A stretch of 64,000 nucleotides of DNA from Candidatus Cloacimonadales bacterium (GCA_963662275.1 OY759316.1:608001-672000), one strand, 5' to 3'; positions 40,157 through 51,370 are shown, numbered from the stretch's first letter. A program made the numbers and translations. Notes: generated from the sequence alone by a model not told the origin.

Positions 40157-42484
40157 TTGATTATGGAAGATCAGGTAAATAGAATTCCGCGGACATTGGC
40201 GGTCATGCAGCAGAACCATGTTGTGATGTTCCCCTACCTGCTAATTCCCATGGTAGTAACGGACGAAGTAACAAAAAAAGTTGTGGATTATGCATTATCC
40301 AATGATAAATCTCTTGCTGTCTTCCTGGAAAAGACCGGGTCTGATGAAAATAAGCCTGAATTAGAAGAAATTGGTACATCAGCAACCATCCTAAGGATGT
40401 TACGAAACCAGGATGGTTCTATCAGTTTATTATTACAAGGGACGTCACGCATTCGATACGAAAGAATCGTTCAACAGGAACCATTCACTATGGTAGAAGT
40501 GGAATTGATACCGGAATCTGTGGAAGAAACACCGGAAATCTTTGCTCTACGTAAGATCGCTGTTGAATTATTGGAACAAATCGTACCTGATAATAATGCA
40601 CTTAGTCGAGAATTAATAGATGGCTTACAAAATATTAAACAATCCGGAAGAATTGCGGATATCATAACCGGGAATACTGATTTGAAATTATCAGATAAAC
40701 AGACAATCTTAGCAACTACAGATATAGAATCACGATTTGAAAAACTGAATCGCTTCCTGGCAGATCAAGTAAAGCAGGTTAGACTGGAAAACAGTATTCG
40801 GAATAATATCCAGTTAGAAATGACCGAAGATCAGCGTAAATACTATCTCCGTGAACAATTGGAAGCCATTCGTCGGGAATTGGGAGAAAAAGATGAAGTC
40901 AGCCGGGAAATTGATTCTTGGAAACAGAAAATTGAAGATAACCACTTACCTGATTATGTTTTGCAGGTGGCACAAGAAGAATTGAGCCGTCTTGCCTCTA
41001 TGCAGCCAGCTTCCAGTGAATATAGCGTGATTCGCAACTATCTGGAGTGGATTGTTGGATTACCCTGGGAGATTTATAGCAAAGATAGATTAGATTTGAA
41101 AAGAATTGAGCATATTTTATCGCATGATCATTATGGCTTGGAAAAACCGAAAGAACGTTTCCTGGAATATATTGCAGTGAAAAAGCTAAAAGGTGAACTG
41201 AAAGGTCCAATTCTCTGCTTCGTTGGACCTCCCGGAGTTGGGAAAACTTCTATCGGGAAATCGATTGCTCGAGCATTAGATCGGAAATTTGTAAGACTAT
41301 CACTTGGTGGTATTCATGATGAAGCTGAAATTAGAGGACATCGGCGAACATATATTGGTGCTCTTCCCGGTAAGATCATTAACGAAATCAAGCGCTGCGG
41401 AACTGCTAATCCGGTTTTCATGCTGGATGAAATTGATAAACTTGGACATGATTTTCGTGGTGATCCAGCCTCAGCATTGTTGGAAGTACTGGATCCGGAA
41501 CAGAATAATTCCTTTATCGATCATTATATAAATCTTCCGTTCAATTTATCTGAAGTGATGTTTATCACGACAGCTAATTCCTTGGATACAATTCCAGCAG
41601 CATTGCGAGATCGTATGGAGATTATTGAGTTCTCCAGCTATATTGAAGAAGAAAAAATTGAAATTGCCAAGCATTATTTAATACCGAAGGAAATTGAAAA
41701 TAATGGATTGGCAGCATATCATGTTACGATGCAGAAATCTGCACTGCAGGAAATCATTCGCTTTTATGTAAGAGAAGCTGGTGTCAGAAATCTGCAGCGT
41801 GTAATCGGAACAGTGTTTCGTAAAATTGCTAAAGAAGTGGCAACGGGTAATGAATTTCCCAAAAAAATAACGAGTCATGAAATAAAAAACTACTTGGGTG
41901 TTAGAATATATTCTCAAGAGATTGCCAGCCATAAACCGGAAATTGGTGTCACAACAGGTTTGGCTTGGACTGCTTATGGGGGTGAAATCCTTTTTTGTGA
42001 AGCCATCTGGATGCCTGGAAATGGTCAAATCACTATGACAGGTTTATTGGGCGAAGTAATGCAGGAATCTGCACGTATTGCCTTAAGTTATCTGAAGTCA
42101 AATTATAAGAAATATAAGATTAAACCTGAGTCTTTTGGAGAACACAACATCCATATTCATCTCCCTGCTGGAGCAGTTCCGAAGGATGGACCTTCCGCAG
42201 GAGTTACACTGACAACTTCCCTCGCTTCACTTTTCATGCAAAAGAAAGTAAATCCGAACATTGCTATGACTGGTGAAATCACCCTCCTGGGAAAAGTATT
42301 GCCTATTGGTGGGCTCCGTGAAAAAATACTGGCTGCGAAGCGTGCCGGTATCAATACTGTAATTATTCCCGAAGCGAATCGTAATTCACTCACTGAAGTA
42401 CCGGAAAATGTACTGTCTGATATGGAATTCTTTTACGTCAGGGATATCTCCGAGATTATCTCCATGGTATTACTAAAAGATTGA
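40157..42484 (+). CDS. lon: ATP-dependent protease La
   Basis: DHYGL, GPPGVGKTS, GHRRTYIGA, PKDGPSAG, IGGLREK. Confidence 0.97.
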   Translation: MIMEDQVNRIPRTLAVMQQNHVVMFPYLLIPMVVTDEVTKKVVDYALSNDKSLAVFLEKTGSDENKPELEEIGTSATILRMLRNQDGSISLLLQGTSRIRYERIVQQEPFTMVEVELIPESVEETPEIFALRKIAVELLEQIVPDNNALSRELIDGLQNIKQSGRIADIITGNTDLKLSDKQTILATTDIESRFEKLNRFLADQVKQVRLENSIRNNIQLEMTEDQRKYYLREQLEAIRRELGEKDEVSREIDSWKQKIEDNHLPDYVLQVAQEELSRLASMQPASSEYSVIRNYLEWIVGLPWEIYSKDRLDLKRIEHILSHDHYGLEKPKERFLEYIAVKKLKGELKGPILCFVGPPGVGKTSIGKSIARALDRKFVRLSLGGIHDEAEIRGHRRTYIGALPGKIINEIKRCGTANPVFMLDEIDKLGHDFRGDPASALLEVLDPEQNNSFIDHYINLPFNLSEVMFITTANSLDTIPAALRDRMEIIEFSSYIEEEKIEIAKHYLIPKEIENNGLAAYHVTMQKSALQEIIRFYVREAGVRNLQRVIGTVFRKIAKEVATGNEFPKKITSHEIKNYLGVRIYSQEIASHKPEIGVTTGLAWTAYGGEILFCEAIWMPGNGQITMTGLLGEVMQESARIALSYLKSNYKKYKIKPESFGEHNIHIHLPAGAVPKDGPSAGVTLTTSLASLFMQKKVNPNIAMTGEITLLGKVLPIGGLREKILAAKRAGINTVIIPEANRNSLTEVPENVLSDMEFFYVRDISEIISMVLLKD

Positions 42485-42552
42485 CGTTTCGAATGGGATT
42501 CATTGAGTTGAATCTTATTTCTCAATAAATAAATTGTTCCCATGGGTGGTGT

Positions 42553-43983
42553 ATGGATCATTATCAATCAATTAATATCCTGATTAATGTAGCTGAATCC
42601 TATATGCCTAAAGCTGAATATGTATTCAAGACCTATTGTCATATATTAAAGCTGAATCCCAAATTTCATTATGGAACAACTTTTGAGAAAGTACATATCT
42701 ATTACGGAATTGACAATGGAAATACCTACCCCCTGAGAATTCATTACAACCCTGAAGTGGCTAAATTTTACCAGAAAAAAGAGATCTATGCTTCTGAAAA
42801 AGTCAATTTCGTAAATTACAAAGGTGAATTTATCCCATTTATTTTCTCTCTCCCTGGTCAAATCTTTGCTTTCAATGATAGTCATGGTTTGATTCGTAAG
42901 GATATCATTGCTTCCGGTTTTTATTTTCTTTCCTGCTGGAGAGAACACGTCATCGGAAACCAGGCAAGTGACCGTTTTGACTTTAATAGGAGCGTTCAGA
43001 AGTACTGGGATTTCACCGAAACACCCGTAGTGGATGTCTACTGTGAATTGCTTCAAAAAATGCTGGAGCTTTTCCTGGTTGAATTCATGCGCATCACCAC
43101 CTGGCATGATGATAAACGCTTTGCCGTATCCATCTCTCATGATGTTGATTACTGGGATTTCTGGACTAAGGAACATAGAAGCTTTGTCTTACGCTATAAT
43201 CTCAAACGAATCTTCAAACAACCGTTAAATGCCATTTATAAGGCTTTTTCACATACTATTGATAAACAACTTACCAGTGATCCATACAAGAGAATGAAAC
43301 ATCTTGTGAAAAAAGAAGAACAAAGAGGAGTTATTCCTACCTATTTTCTCCTGACGAAATCAGATTTCAAAGATACAAGAATGAATTATTTTGGAAATCC
43401 TGATTACCGTAAAGATATCAATAATTTGTTGGGAAAATGTGATATTGCCTTACATGGAAGCCCGGAATCAGCTTTTCATGAGAATATTCTTCAAAAGGAA
43501 TGGGATTCCATCAAAAGCGGTGGATACGATGCCATCGGTTACAGAGCACACACTCTTTCCTTTCATTATCAACAAACTTTCACTATCTTAGAAAAACTTG
43601 GAATTTGCTATGATGCTACTTTAGGATACTGGGAACATATCGGTTTTCGTGCCGGGGTAAGCTTTCCCTTCTACCCATTTAATATAGCAGAAAACAGACC
43701 CTTTAGAGTTCTTGAGATACCACTCATTGTTATGGATACAACCTTGCTATCTACAAAGGCAATGAATTTAACTACGATCCAGGCATTTCGCCGGATTAAA
43801 AGGTTAATTCATCGGGCTAATCTATTTAAATCACATATATCGATCCTCTGGCATAACACAACCTTCGATCCAGTTGACTTTCCAGGCTGGGGTCCATTGT
43901 ATTGGAAAATTATCAGGGAAGTAAAACACCAGGGTGGCTGGATATGTTCACTCAGACAAGTTTATGAATATTGGATAAAATAA
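42553..43983 (+). CDS. Polysaccharide deacetylase-family protein
   Basis: SHDVD, IALHGS, YDATLG...GFRAG--FPF, EIPLIVMD, ILWH. Confidence 0.8.
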   Translation: MDHYQSINILINVAESYMPKAEYVFKTYCHILKLNPKFHYGTTFEKVHIYYGIDNGNTYPLRIHYNPEVAKFYQKKEIYASEKVNFVNYKGEFIPFIFSLPGQIFAFNDSHGLIRKDIIASGFYFLSCWREHVIGNQASDRFDFNRSVQKYWDFTETPVVDVYCELLQKMLELFLVEFMRITTWHDDKRFAVSISHDVDYWDFWTKEHRSFVLRYNLKRIFKQPLNAIYKAFSHTIDKQLTSDPYKRMKHLVKKEEQRGVIPTYFLLTKSDFKDTRMNYFGNPDYRKDINNLLGKCDIALHGSPESAFHENILQKEWDSIKSGGYDAIGYRAHTLSFHYQQTFTILEKLGICYDATLGYWEHIGFRAGVSFPFYPFNIAENRPFRVLEIPLIVMDTTLLSTKAMNLTTIQAFRRIKRLIHRANLFKSHISILWHNTTFDPVDFPGWGPLYWKIIREVKHQGGWICSLRQVYEYWIK

Positions 43984-43989
43984 TCACTT

Positions 43990-46251
43990 TTGGAGGAAAG
44001 AATGCTATTGAGTGACAATGCACTCAAAGTGCTTGAAAAACGGTATTATCGAAAAGATGAGGAAGGAAAGTTATTAGAAGACTGGACTGCTATGATTACC
44101 AGGATTGCTCTGAATATCTCTGCCCAGGAACCTGATAAAGCAGACAGGTATTTCAAACTCCTTGATTCCGGTTATTTTCTTCCTAATTCCCCTACTTTAA
44201 TGAATGCTGGTAATGATCTTCAGCAGCTTTCTGCTTGTTTTGTGCTTCCTATTGAAGATAGTATGGACAGTATCTTTGAAACCATCAAGAATGCTGCCCT
44301 TATCCATAAAAGTGGTGGTGGAACAGGTTTCAGCTTTAGCAGGCTACGTGAATCAGATGCCCGTGTTAGATCAACCAACGGTGTGTCAAGTGGTCCTATT
44401 TCATTTCTCAACGTTTTTAATGCTGCAACTCATGCTGTGAAACAAGGAGGTACACGACGGGGAGCTAATATGGCTATCCTCGATGTGAATCACCCCCAGA
44501 TCATGGAATTCATCACATGCAAGGAAAATACAAACGAACTGACGAACTTTAACCTCAGTGTTGGAGTTACTGATCGATTTATGCTGGCAGTTCACCAGGA
44601 TGAAGATTTCGAACTGATATCTCCTAATACGGGAAATGTCATTAAAGTTGTGAAAGCTGCTGATATATTCTCACTAATGGTTGAAATGGCGCATAAGAAT
44701 GGTGAACCGGGTATTATCTTCCTGGATCGGATCAATGAATTCAACCCAACACCCAAACTTGGCAGGATGGAATCAACCAACCCCTGCGGGGAACAGCCAT
44801 TACTACCGAATGAGGCATGTAATCTTGGTTCTATTAACTTAGCAAATCTTTACACAGATAATCAATTTCAGTGGCAAACCTTGAAAAACGTTGTTGAAGA
44901 TAGTGTTGAATTCCTGGATGATGTGATTTCCAGATCGAAATTTCCTCTTCCTCAAATTGAAGCTATGGTGAAAGGGAATCGAAAGATAGGTTTGGGTATT
45001 ATGGGATGGGCAGATCTGCTTTTCATGATGAACATACCATATCAGAGCGATGAAGCAGTTCTCCTGGCTGAAAAAGTGATGGAATTTATTGATTTCCATG
45101 CCAAGCACAAATCAATGGAATTAGCCATTAAATATGGAAGGTTTCCAAACTTTGAAGGCAGCATATATAGCGAAGGAACTCTTCAGCGCACACCATATGA
45201 ACTCGATTGGCAAGCCCTGGTCAAAGACATCCGGAAAAACGGTTTACGTAATGCCACGGTTACCACAATTGCTCCAACAGGTACCATCAGTATGATTCTC
45301 GATGCATCCAGCGGTATTGAACCCCAGTTTTCTCTTGTTTATGTAAAGCAGGTGATGGATGGAGAAAAGCTGTTATACATCAATCAATACTTCGAAAAGG
45401 CAATGAAAGATGCAGGTCTCTTCAGTCTTGAACTGATGGAAAAAGTATCTGAATGTGGAAGCCTTCATGATATCCCTGAAATACCTGAAGAAATTAAAAA
45501 TGTATTTGTCACTGCCCATGATATTTCCCCTGAATGGCATATCATGATGCAGGCAGCCTTCCAGAAATTTACTGATAATGCTGTTTCAAAAACAATTAAT
45601 TTCAGTCGTGATGCAACAAAAGAAGATATTCATATGGCATTTGAATTAGCCTATGAATCCCATTGCAAGGGTGTCACTGTGTATCGAGATGGAAGTCGGG
45701 AAAACCAGGTGCTGAATATTGGCTCTTCCATAAAGGATGAAAAACATCCCGATTCAAAGATCGGACCACGTCATAGACCCGATGTAACTTTTGGTATTAC
45801 CCAGCGGGTGGAAACCGGTTGCGGACATTCCTATGTGACGATAAATCGCGATGATGAAGGTGCTTGCGAAGTATTCATTCAAATGGGAAAAGTTGGTGGT
45901 TGCGCTTCTGCACAATTGGAAGCTATTGCCCGTTTATGTTCATTGGCACTGAGATCACGCATTCAAATTGATTCTATCATTCGACAATTGAAGGGAATAC
46001 GTTGTCCTTCTCCCATGTGGAGCAAGGGAAATATGATCACTTCCTGTGCTGATGCCGTTGCTCAAGCATTAGAAACTTTTAGTCATTCGAATCAGACTGG
46101 AGATTTATATATCAAGAATATCACGACCGGAACTTACCAGGAATACAGTCAGAAAGGAAACATGAGCGGTACATGTCCTGAATGCGGTAGTGCGGTTGAA
46201 CATAGTGAAGGGTGTATGAAATGCTTGAGTTGTGGCTGGTCAAAATGCTAG
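43990..46251 (+). CDS. nrdJ: Vitamin B12-dependent (class II) ribonucleotide reductase
   Basis: FLPNSPTLMNAG, QLSACFVL, TNPCGEQPL, TIAPTGT, KGVTVYRDG, TSCAD, C-terminal Zn ribbon. Confidence 0.93.
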   Translation: MEERMLLSDNALKVLEKRYYRKDEEGKLLEDWTAMITRIALNISAQEPDKADRYFKLLDSGYFLPNSPTLMNAGNDLQQLSACFVLPIEDSMDSIFETIKNAALIHKSGGGTGFSFSRLRESDARVRSTNGVSSGPISFLNVFNAATHAVKQGGTRRGANMAILDVNHPQIMEFITCKENTNELTNFNLSVGVTDRFMLAVHQDEDFELISPNTGNVIKVVKAADIFSLMVEMAHKNGEPGIIFLDRINEFNPTPKLGRMESTNPCGEQPLLPNEACNLGSINLANLYTDNQFQWQTLKNVVEDSVEFLDDVISRSKFPLPQIEAMVKGNRKIGLGIMGWADLLFMMNIPYQSDEAVLLAEKVMEFIDFHAKHKSMELAIKYGRFPNFEGSIYSEGTLQRTPYELDWQALVKDIRKNGLRNATVTTIAPTGTISMILDASSGIEPQFSLVYVKQVMDGEKLLYINQYFEKAMKDAGLFSLELMEKVSECGSLHDIPEIPEEIKNVFVTAHDISPEWHIMMQAAFQKFTDNAVSKTINFSRDATKEDIHMAFELAYESHCKGVTVYRDGSRENQVLNIGSSIKDEKHPDSKIGPRHRPDVTFGITQRVETGCGHSYVTINRDDEGACEVFIQMGKVGGCASAQLEAIARLCSLALRSRIQIDSIIRQLKGIRCPSPMWSKGNMITSCADAVAQALETFSHSNQTGDLYIKNITTGTYQEYSQKGNMSGTCPECGSAVEHSEGCMKCLSCGWSKC

Positions 46252-46252
46252 C

Positions 46253-46425
46253 GTAGCTCCGGGTTTAGCCGGTTGTACTATTGTCGCGCCGTCTTCAGTC
46301 GGTCGTTCTTGTAGCTCCGGGTTCAACCGGTTGTACTATTGTCGCGCCGTCTTCAGTCGGTCGTTCTTGTAGCTCCGGGTTTAGCCGGTTGTACTATCGT
46401 TGCGCCGTCTTTAGCCGGTTATTCT
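46253..46425. repeat. Three 58-bp tandem units of paired GTAG/GTCG REP-like palindromes
   Basis: GTAGCTCCGGGTT(TAG/CAA)CCGGTTGTACTAT... at 46253, 46311 and 46369; a reverse-complement relative lies near 9727-9750. Confidence 0.85.
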
Positions 46426-46454
46426 GAATCAATACATGTCAAATAGGAGGAAAT

Positions 46455-48608
46455 ATGCAGCCTGGCAGTTTGGGTAATTTCTTTCATAAAAAATACAAAA
46501 GCTGGTACATTAATCTATTAATAGCACTTGTATTAAGCTTGATTATTCTCTTTTTTCAAAAAACCTCTTTCTTCCAGGATTTTGAATCCAAGACCCTCGA
46601 CTATCGTTTTCGTCTTTTTCCAATAGCAAATCGAACTGACCCGAATGTTGTGATGATAGCCATCGATGACAACAGCCTGCGTGATATGCGTCAGAACCGT
46701 GTTGTCTGGCCTTGGGCACGAGATATGTACGCTGCTGTTGTGAACTATCTTGGCAGCCAGGGAGCAAAAGCTATCATTTTTGATATGCAATTCTATGAAC
46801 CGGATTATGACAGGGCGGATGTAAGTTCTGAAGTTCTAGACCAGGAATTTGCTCAGTCCATCCTTGAGAACCAGCGCGTTGTCCTGGGTATGCAACTGGT
46901 TCCTGATGCCACTTCTATTCCTTCCGAATTATCCAGGTTTGCTTCTCTGAAACCATCTGTGCTTCTTCCTTCCACAACACGTTACAAGGGAGTATTAGCA
47001 CCGTTGCCTCAGTTTATGAATAGTGCTGCGAAAGTTGGTATCATCAATATCGAACCTGATAAAGATGGAGTTATCAGACGTGTGCCGTTTTTGTATCAAT
47101 TCGGAAATAAATACTATCCTCAAATCAGTTATAGCACTTGGTTATTGAACAACCAGGCTGAAAATACCCAATTACATAATTTACCCTTTGATAAAGTAGG
47201 AAACTACCTGATAAACTGGTACGGTCCCGCCGGAGTTAATGGTGTTTTCAAATACTTGCGCTTCACTTCAGTACTTCAATCCGCATCTGCTAACGCTGTT
47301 GGTTTACCTCCTCAAATACCGAACGGTTATTTTAAGGATAAATATGTGATCATTGGTGCTACTGCTGGTGGATTAATGGATTTGAAGATCAGTCCTTATA
47401 CACAGATCATGCCGGGAATGGAAATCTGGGGAACGATACTGAGTAATTTATTGAATCATGACTTCATTCATATTATCCCTTCATGGTTTAATTTTGTCCT
47501 TTTATTGCTAGTTTCCTTCCTTGTGATGATATCATTTTGTCATATCGGCAATAAATGGAATCAGCTAGTTTTGCTGTTGCTGCTGATGTTCATTGTGGCA
47601 TCCAATTTTATCTTGTGGTCAAATGGGAGATATTTACTGAACCTGGTAAGTCCTCTACTGGCTTTTTTTATGGCTTATTTCTATATTCTTGCTATCAGTT
47701 ATCTGATGGAAGGACGGAATAAAAGGGAGATTCGTAAGATCTTTTCCCGTTATCTGCATCCTGACGTTGTGGAGAAACTTGTTGAAAATCCAGATCTTGT
47801 GCAGATGGGAGGTGAAGAAATCGACGCTACCATCCTGTTTTCCGATATCTATAATTTCACTACTCTATCCGAAAAGACAACACCCCAAGAGTTGGTACGT
47901 ACATTGAATGAATATTTCAGTCATTTCACTAACTCGATTTTAGATTTTCATGGTTTATTGGATAAATATACGGGAGATGGTTTGATGGCTCTCTGGGGTG
48001 TACCGATTCCCAGGAAAGATCATGCTTTACTGGCATGCCAGGCAGCTCTTGCCCATAGAGTATACAGCTTGGAACTATTAAGAACAAAACCTGAACTGAC
48101 TGCTGCTGAAAACCTGCATCTATTTACGCGAGTAGGTGTTAATTCAGGTAAGATCGTTGCCGGAAATATCGGTTCTGAACGACGTATGGATTACACTGCC
48201 ATCGGTGATGCCGTGAATCTCTCCGCCCGTTTGGAAGGTGTGAATAAGATTTTTCACACGAATATCATTATCAGCGAATCGACTTATCAGCAGGTTTCTG
48301 ATCTCTTTATTTGCCGTGAATTGGATTACCTCCGTGTGAAAGGAAAGAAGGAACCTACAAGGATATTCGAACTCCTGGACGAGAAAGCCAATTCAGCAAA
48401 AATTGATTATTCCTGGATCGCAGAATACGAAAAAGCCTTGGAGCTTTACCGTAAAGGTGATTGGAAGGAAGCTATTCTCATATTCCAAGCTTTAAATGAA
48501 GGCGACTTGAAAGACCAACCCTCTCTCACGATGCGTGAACGATGCGAATATCTGATCAAGAATCCACCTGCCACCTGGGATGGAATTCTAACACTTGAGG
48601 TCAAATAA
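46455..48608 (+). CDS. CHASE2-domain class III adenylate/guanylate cyclase
   Basis: IAIDD-SL...WPW-R (CHASE2), three TMs, LFSDI--FT, DKYTGDG-MA, DYTAIGDAVNLSARLEG. Confidence 0.93.
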   Translation: MQPGSLGNFFHKKYKSWYINLLIALVLSLIILFFQKTSFFQDFESKTLDYRFRLFPIANRTDPNVVMIAIDDNSLRDMRQNRVVWPWARDMYAAVVNYLGSQGAKAIIFDMQFYEPDYDRADVSSEVLDQEFAQSILENQRVVLGMQLVPDATSIPSELSRFASLKPSVLLPSTTRYKGVLAPLPQFMNSAAKVGIINIEPDKDGVIRRVPFLYQFGNKYYPQISYSTWLLNNQAENTQLHNLPFDKVGNYLINWYGPAGVNGVFKYLRFTSVLQSASANAVGLPPQIPNGYFKDKYVIIGATAGGLMDLKISPYTQIMPGMEIWGTILSNLLNHDFIHIIPSWFNFVLLLLVSFLVMISFCHIGNKWNQLVLLLLLMFIVASNFILWSNGRYLLNLVSPLLAFFMAYFYILAISYLMEGRNKREIRKIFSRYLHPDVVEKLVENPDLVQMGGEEIDATILFSDIYNFTTLSEKTTPQELVRTLNEYFSHFTNSILDFHGLLDKYTGDGLMALWGVPIPRKDHALLACQAALAHRVYSLELLRTKPELTAAENLHLFTRVGVNSGKIVAGNIGSERRMDYTAIGDAVNLSARLEGVNKIFHTNIIISESTYQQVSDLFICRELDYLRVKGKKEPTRIFELLDEKANSAKIDYSWIAEYEKALELYRKGDWKEAILIFQALNEGDLKDQPSLTMRERCEYLIKNPPATWDGILTLEVK

Positions 48609-48922
48609 GCAAAAACTAATAACTAAAAACTAAAAGTTGAAGATAGTGAAGAGGGGAAAACTAAAAGTTGAACTTATTGCATTCTCCCTCTGTACCTGTA
48701 TCTTTAAGTTACTAGTTATTCACTTTTAGCTGGATTGCTGTTCTGTCACTTTTAGTTTTTAGTTATTAGTTATATTTTGTTTTCTGCCGGAACGCTGTTT
48801 TCAAACGGCTATGCTCTGCCTCTTAGTCGAAGCCACATCTGACAGATATATTACCCAGGTTGGAATTAATAAATAATGAAATCGCACTTGTATAAAATTC
48901 AATGCCCCAGGAATAAAATAAT

Positions 48923-48956
48923 TTGACATCAAGTAAACACAATTGTATATTGTGTT
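48923..48956 (+). promoter_or_regulatory. Near-consensus sigma70 promoter with overlapping palindromic operator
   Basis: TTGACA-17-TATATT; AACACAAT-N5-ATTGTGTT spans the -10; followed by an RBS and only an 8-codon ORF (48990-49016). Confidence 0.65.
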
Positions 48957-49016
48957 CAGCTCATCTACCAAGTTGTAGAAGGAGTAACGATGCCGTTTAG
49001 AGATAAACGGTATTAG

Positions 49017-49130
49017 CTATTGTTGACTGTTTTGAAATTCCTTCACTCTATCTTTCGGACACCAGACAGCTCCCAAAACCATAGACTTCTGCCTATCATG
49101 CTCCAGGTGACAACTCTCATCACAATAGAT
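49017..49130 (-). pseudogene. 5' stub of a DUF3800-like gene, start deleted
   Basis: Translates IYCDESCHLEHDRQKSMVLGAVWCPKD...*; paralogous to 58127-58225. Family recognised by motif only. Confidence 0.65.
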
Positions 49131-49240
49131 GCTCCATTTTGTTATAATTAGATTGCATTCTAATATTAAATCCTGCAAGGATGAAATCCGATAGCCTTAG
49201 GCGTAAGCCTCAGGTAACCGATTACCACACATCCATTTGA

Positions 49241-51133
49241 GGAGATGTCCCGAAACTAAATGATAGAAAAATAGCAACTATTAAATATTAATCATATTAC
49301 TTGACATATTGTTATAGGGTGTATTGTTGCCTTTAAAAACTAAGCATAGAGAGAATTATGAATTTCAGAGAGCACAATCCGAATCAGGGGACACTCTATG
49401 GACTTAATATTGAAGAGAGAATACCTCCCCAGCACATGGTTCGTTATGTTAACGATGTCGTTGAGCAACTGGACTTATCTGAGCTATACACAAGATACTC
49501 TGATGAAGGTACACCTGCTTATCATCCCAAGATGATGTTGAAGATCATTGTGTATGCCTATATCAATGGTATTTATACCTGTCGGAAGATAGCTAAGGCT
49601 GTTCGGGAGAACATCAATTTTATCTGGCTGGCAGGAGAACAGGAACCTGATTTCAGAACGATCAACACCTTTGCCTGGACTAAGTGTTCTGATATTCTTA
49701 TTGATGTATTTTATCAGGTAGTACTGAAAGCATCATCATTAGGATATCTTGATCTCGACACCTGTTTTGTTGACGGGACGACGATTCACGCAAATGCCGG
49801 CAAGAATTCCTACATCTGGAAAAGCAATGCGCTTCGTTATCAGGAACTGGTCAAGACACGAGTTGAGGGATTGTTTAAAAAGATCGAGGAATATAATCAG
49901 GAAGAGCAACAGCAATATGGAACCGCTGATCTTCTTGAGCTTGGTGAGCAATTGCATGCGGTTGAATCAGAGAAAACTGCTACAGTCGCATCTGAACAGA
50001 TCAGAGATAGACTGGTCTCAGCAGAAAACAAGCTGAAAGAAGCAATGTCCCGACTACAGAAAAATCATCCGTCAGATACTCGGGCTATCAAGAAAATCAA
50101 ATCTCTTTTGCGCGAAATCTCCAAATCAAAGAGCAATGATATAACTAAGCTGGAGAAATATGAGCAACAGCTTGAGATAATTGGAGAAGGACGCAGCAGC
50201 ACATCCAAGACTGATAATGATGCCACATTTATGCGATTGAAAAATGGACAGCTGGCACCGGGTTATGTTGCCAGTATCGGAACTTCAGAGCAATTTGTCA
50301 CAGGCATTCACTTATTCAATATCCCTAAAGAAACCGTTGAATTTCCCAATCTCATGGAGCAAATGCATGATGAATTGGGACAATATCCTACCGACGTTGT
50401 TGGAGATGCTGCCTATGGCACTGCGCTGAATTTGAATTATGCTGCTGAAAAAGAGATAACAAGCTATCTCAAGACCCAGGATTATAAGAGAGATTATCGG
50501 GACTCTCTTCTGACAGGCTTTAGCTATGATGAGGAGCATGATGAGTGGGTCTGTCAATTTAATCGGAGACTGGTCAAAATCAAGGAAGAAGAGACAGAGA
50601 AGAACGGTCCGAAACGAATCGTGAAAACCTATATATGTAATGACTGCAGAGAATGTCCTCACAATAAAAAGTGTATTCCCTACAAGGATAAAACACATAA
50701 ATCACTGACCTACGATCCTCATATAGCTCCACTAAAACGTCAGACAGTCAATAATCTGCTTTCTGAAAAAGGCGACAAGCTGAGAAAGCAAAGAGGCATC
50801 GAACCGGAGGCTGTATTTGCTTTCATGAAGTGGAACAGGAAGTTTGAGAGATTTACTGTCCGTTCATTGAGAAAATGCAAGGAACAGTTATCCCTCCTCT
50901 TTTTAGGACATAATATAGGGAAAATGTTTCTGCACTTACAAAATACTGAAGGAAAAGCCTGATGAAGACTCTTCCTACCAGAATTCAAACATGAATTAGG
51001 TAAATATTACTCCGTTTTTCCTTGTCTTTGCATCGCTTTTCGGAAACTATTGAGTAATTTAGTTTGCCTGTAAAAACAATCACATATTTTACAACAGAAG
51101 AAAATAAAATCATGCTAGTTTCGGGACATCTCC
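49241..51133 (+). mobile_element. IS1182-family element, copy A
   Basis: Perfect 18-bp IR GGAGATGTCCCGAAACTA; 1893 bp, same length as copy B. Confidence 0.92.
49358..50962 (+). CDS. IS1182-family transposase
   Basis: G-PAYHPKMMLK, PDFRTI, FVDGTTIHANA, SKTDNDATFMR, GDAAYG, Cys-rich insertion, R-IEPEAVF. Confidence 0.93.
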   Translation: MNFREHNPNQGTLYGLNIEERIPPQHMVRYVNDVVEQLDLSELYTRYSDEGTPAYHPKMMLKIIVYAYINGIYTCRKIAKAVRENINFIWLAGEQEPDFRTINTFAWTKCSDILIDVFYQVVLKASSLGYLDLDTCFVDGTTIHANAGKNSYIWKSNALRYQELVKTRVEGLFKKIEEYNQEEQQQYGTADLLELGEQLHAVESEKTATVASEQIRDRLVSAENKLKEAMSRLQKNHPSDTRAIKKIKSLLREISKSKSNDITKLEKYEQQLEIIGEGRSSTSKTDNDATFMRLKNGQLAPGYVASIGTSEQFVTGIHLFNIPKETVEFPNLMEQMHDELGQYPTDVVGDAAYGTALNLNYAAEKEITSYLKTQDYKRDYRDSLLTGFSYDEEHDEWVCQFNRRLVKIKEEETEKNGPKRIVKTYICNDCRECPHNKKCIPYKDKTHKSLTYDPHIAPLKRQTVNNLLSEKGDKLRKQRGIEPEAVFAFMKWNRKFERFTVRSLRKCKEQLSLLFLGHNIGKMFLHLQNTEGKA

Positions 51134-51157
51134 GACATAAATAGACTTAACTAGTTG

Positions 51158-51370
51158 TTATTTGTTATCTTTCTGATCAATTTTCGCTTTCATTAATGCT
51201 GGCAGATTGATTGTCGGTAATGTATATTTGCCGTATAGTCCAAATGAGCTCACATTCCACAAATATCCCCTTACTGAATTTATTGTGATTTGGACTGCTG
51301 AATTGATAAGACCGTTCCTTTTTTCTTCCGGGTTTTCTTCAATGATGTTCAAATCAAATCTGGAAGCTGC
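51158..51370 (-). pseudogene. 3' remnant of a diverged SecB-like chaperone gene
   Basis: SRFDLNIIEENP...SVRGYLWNVSSFGLYGKYTLPTINLPALMKAKIDQKDNK closely matches the C-terminus of 56742-57188; preceded by in-frame stops. Confidence 0.85.
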
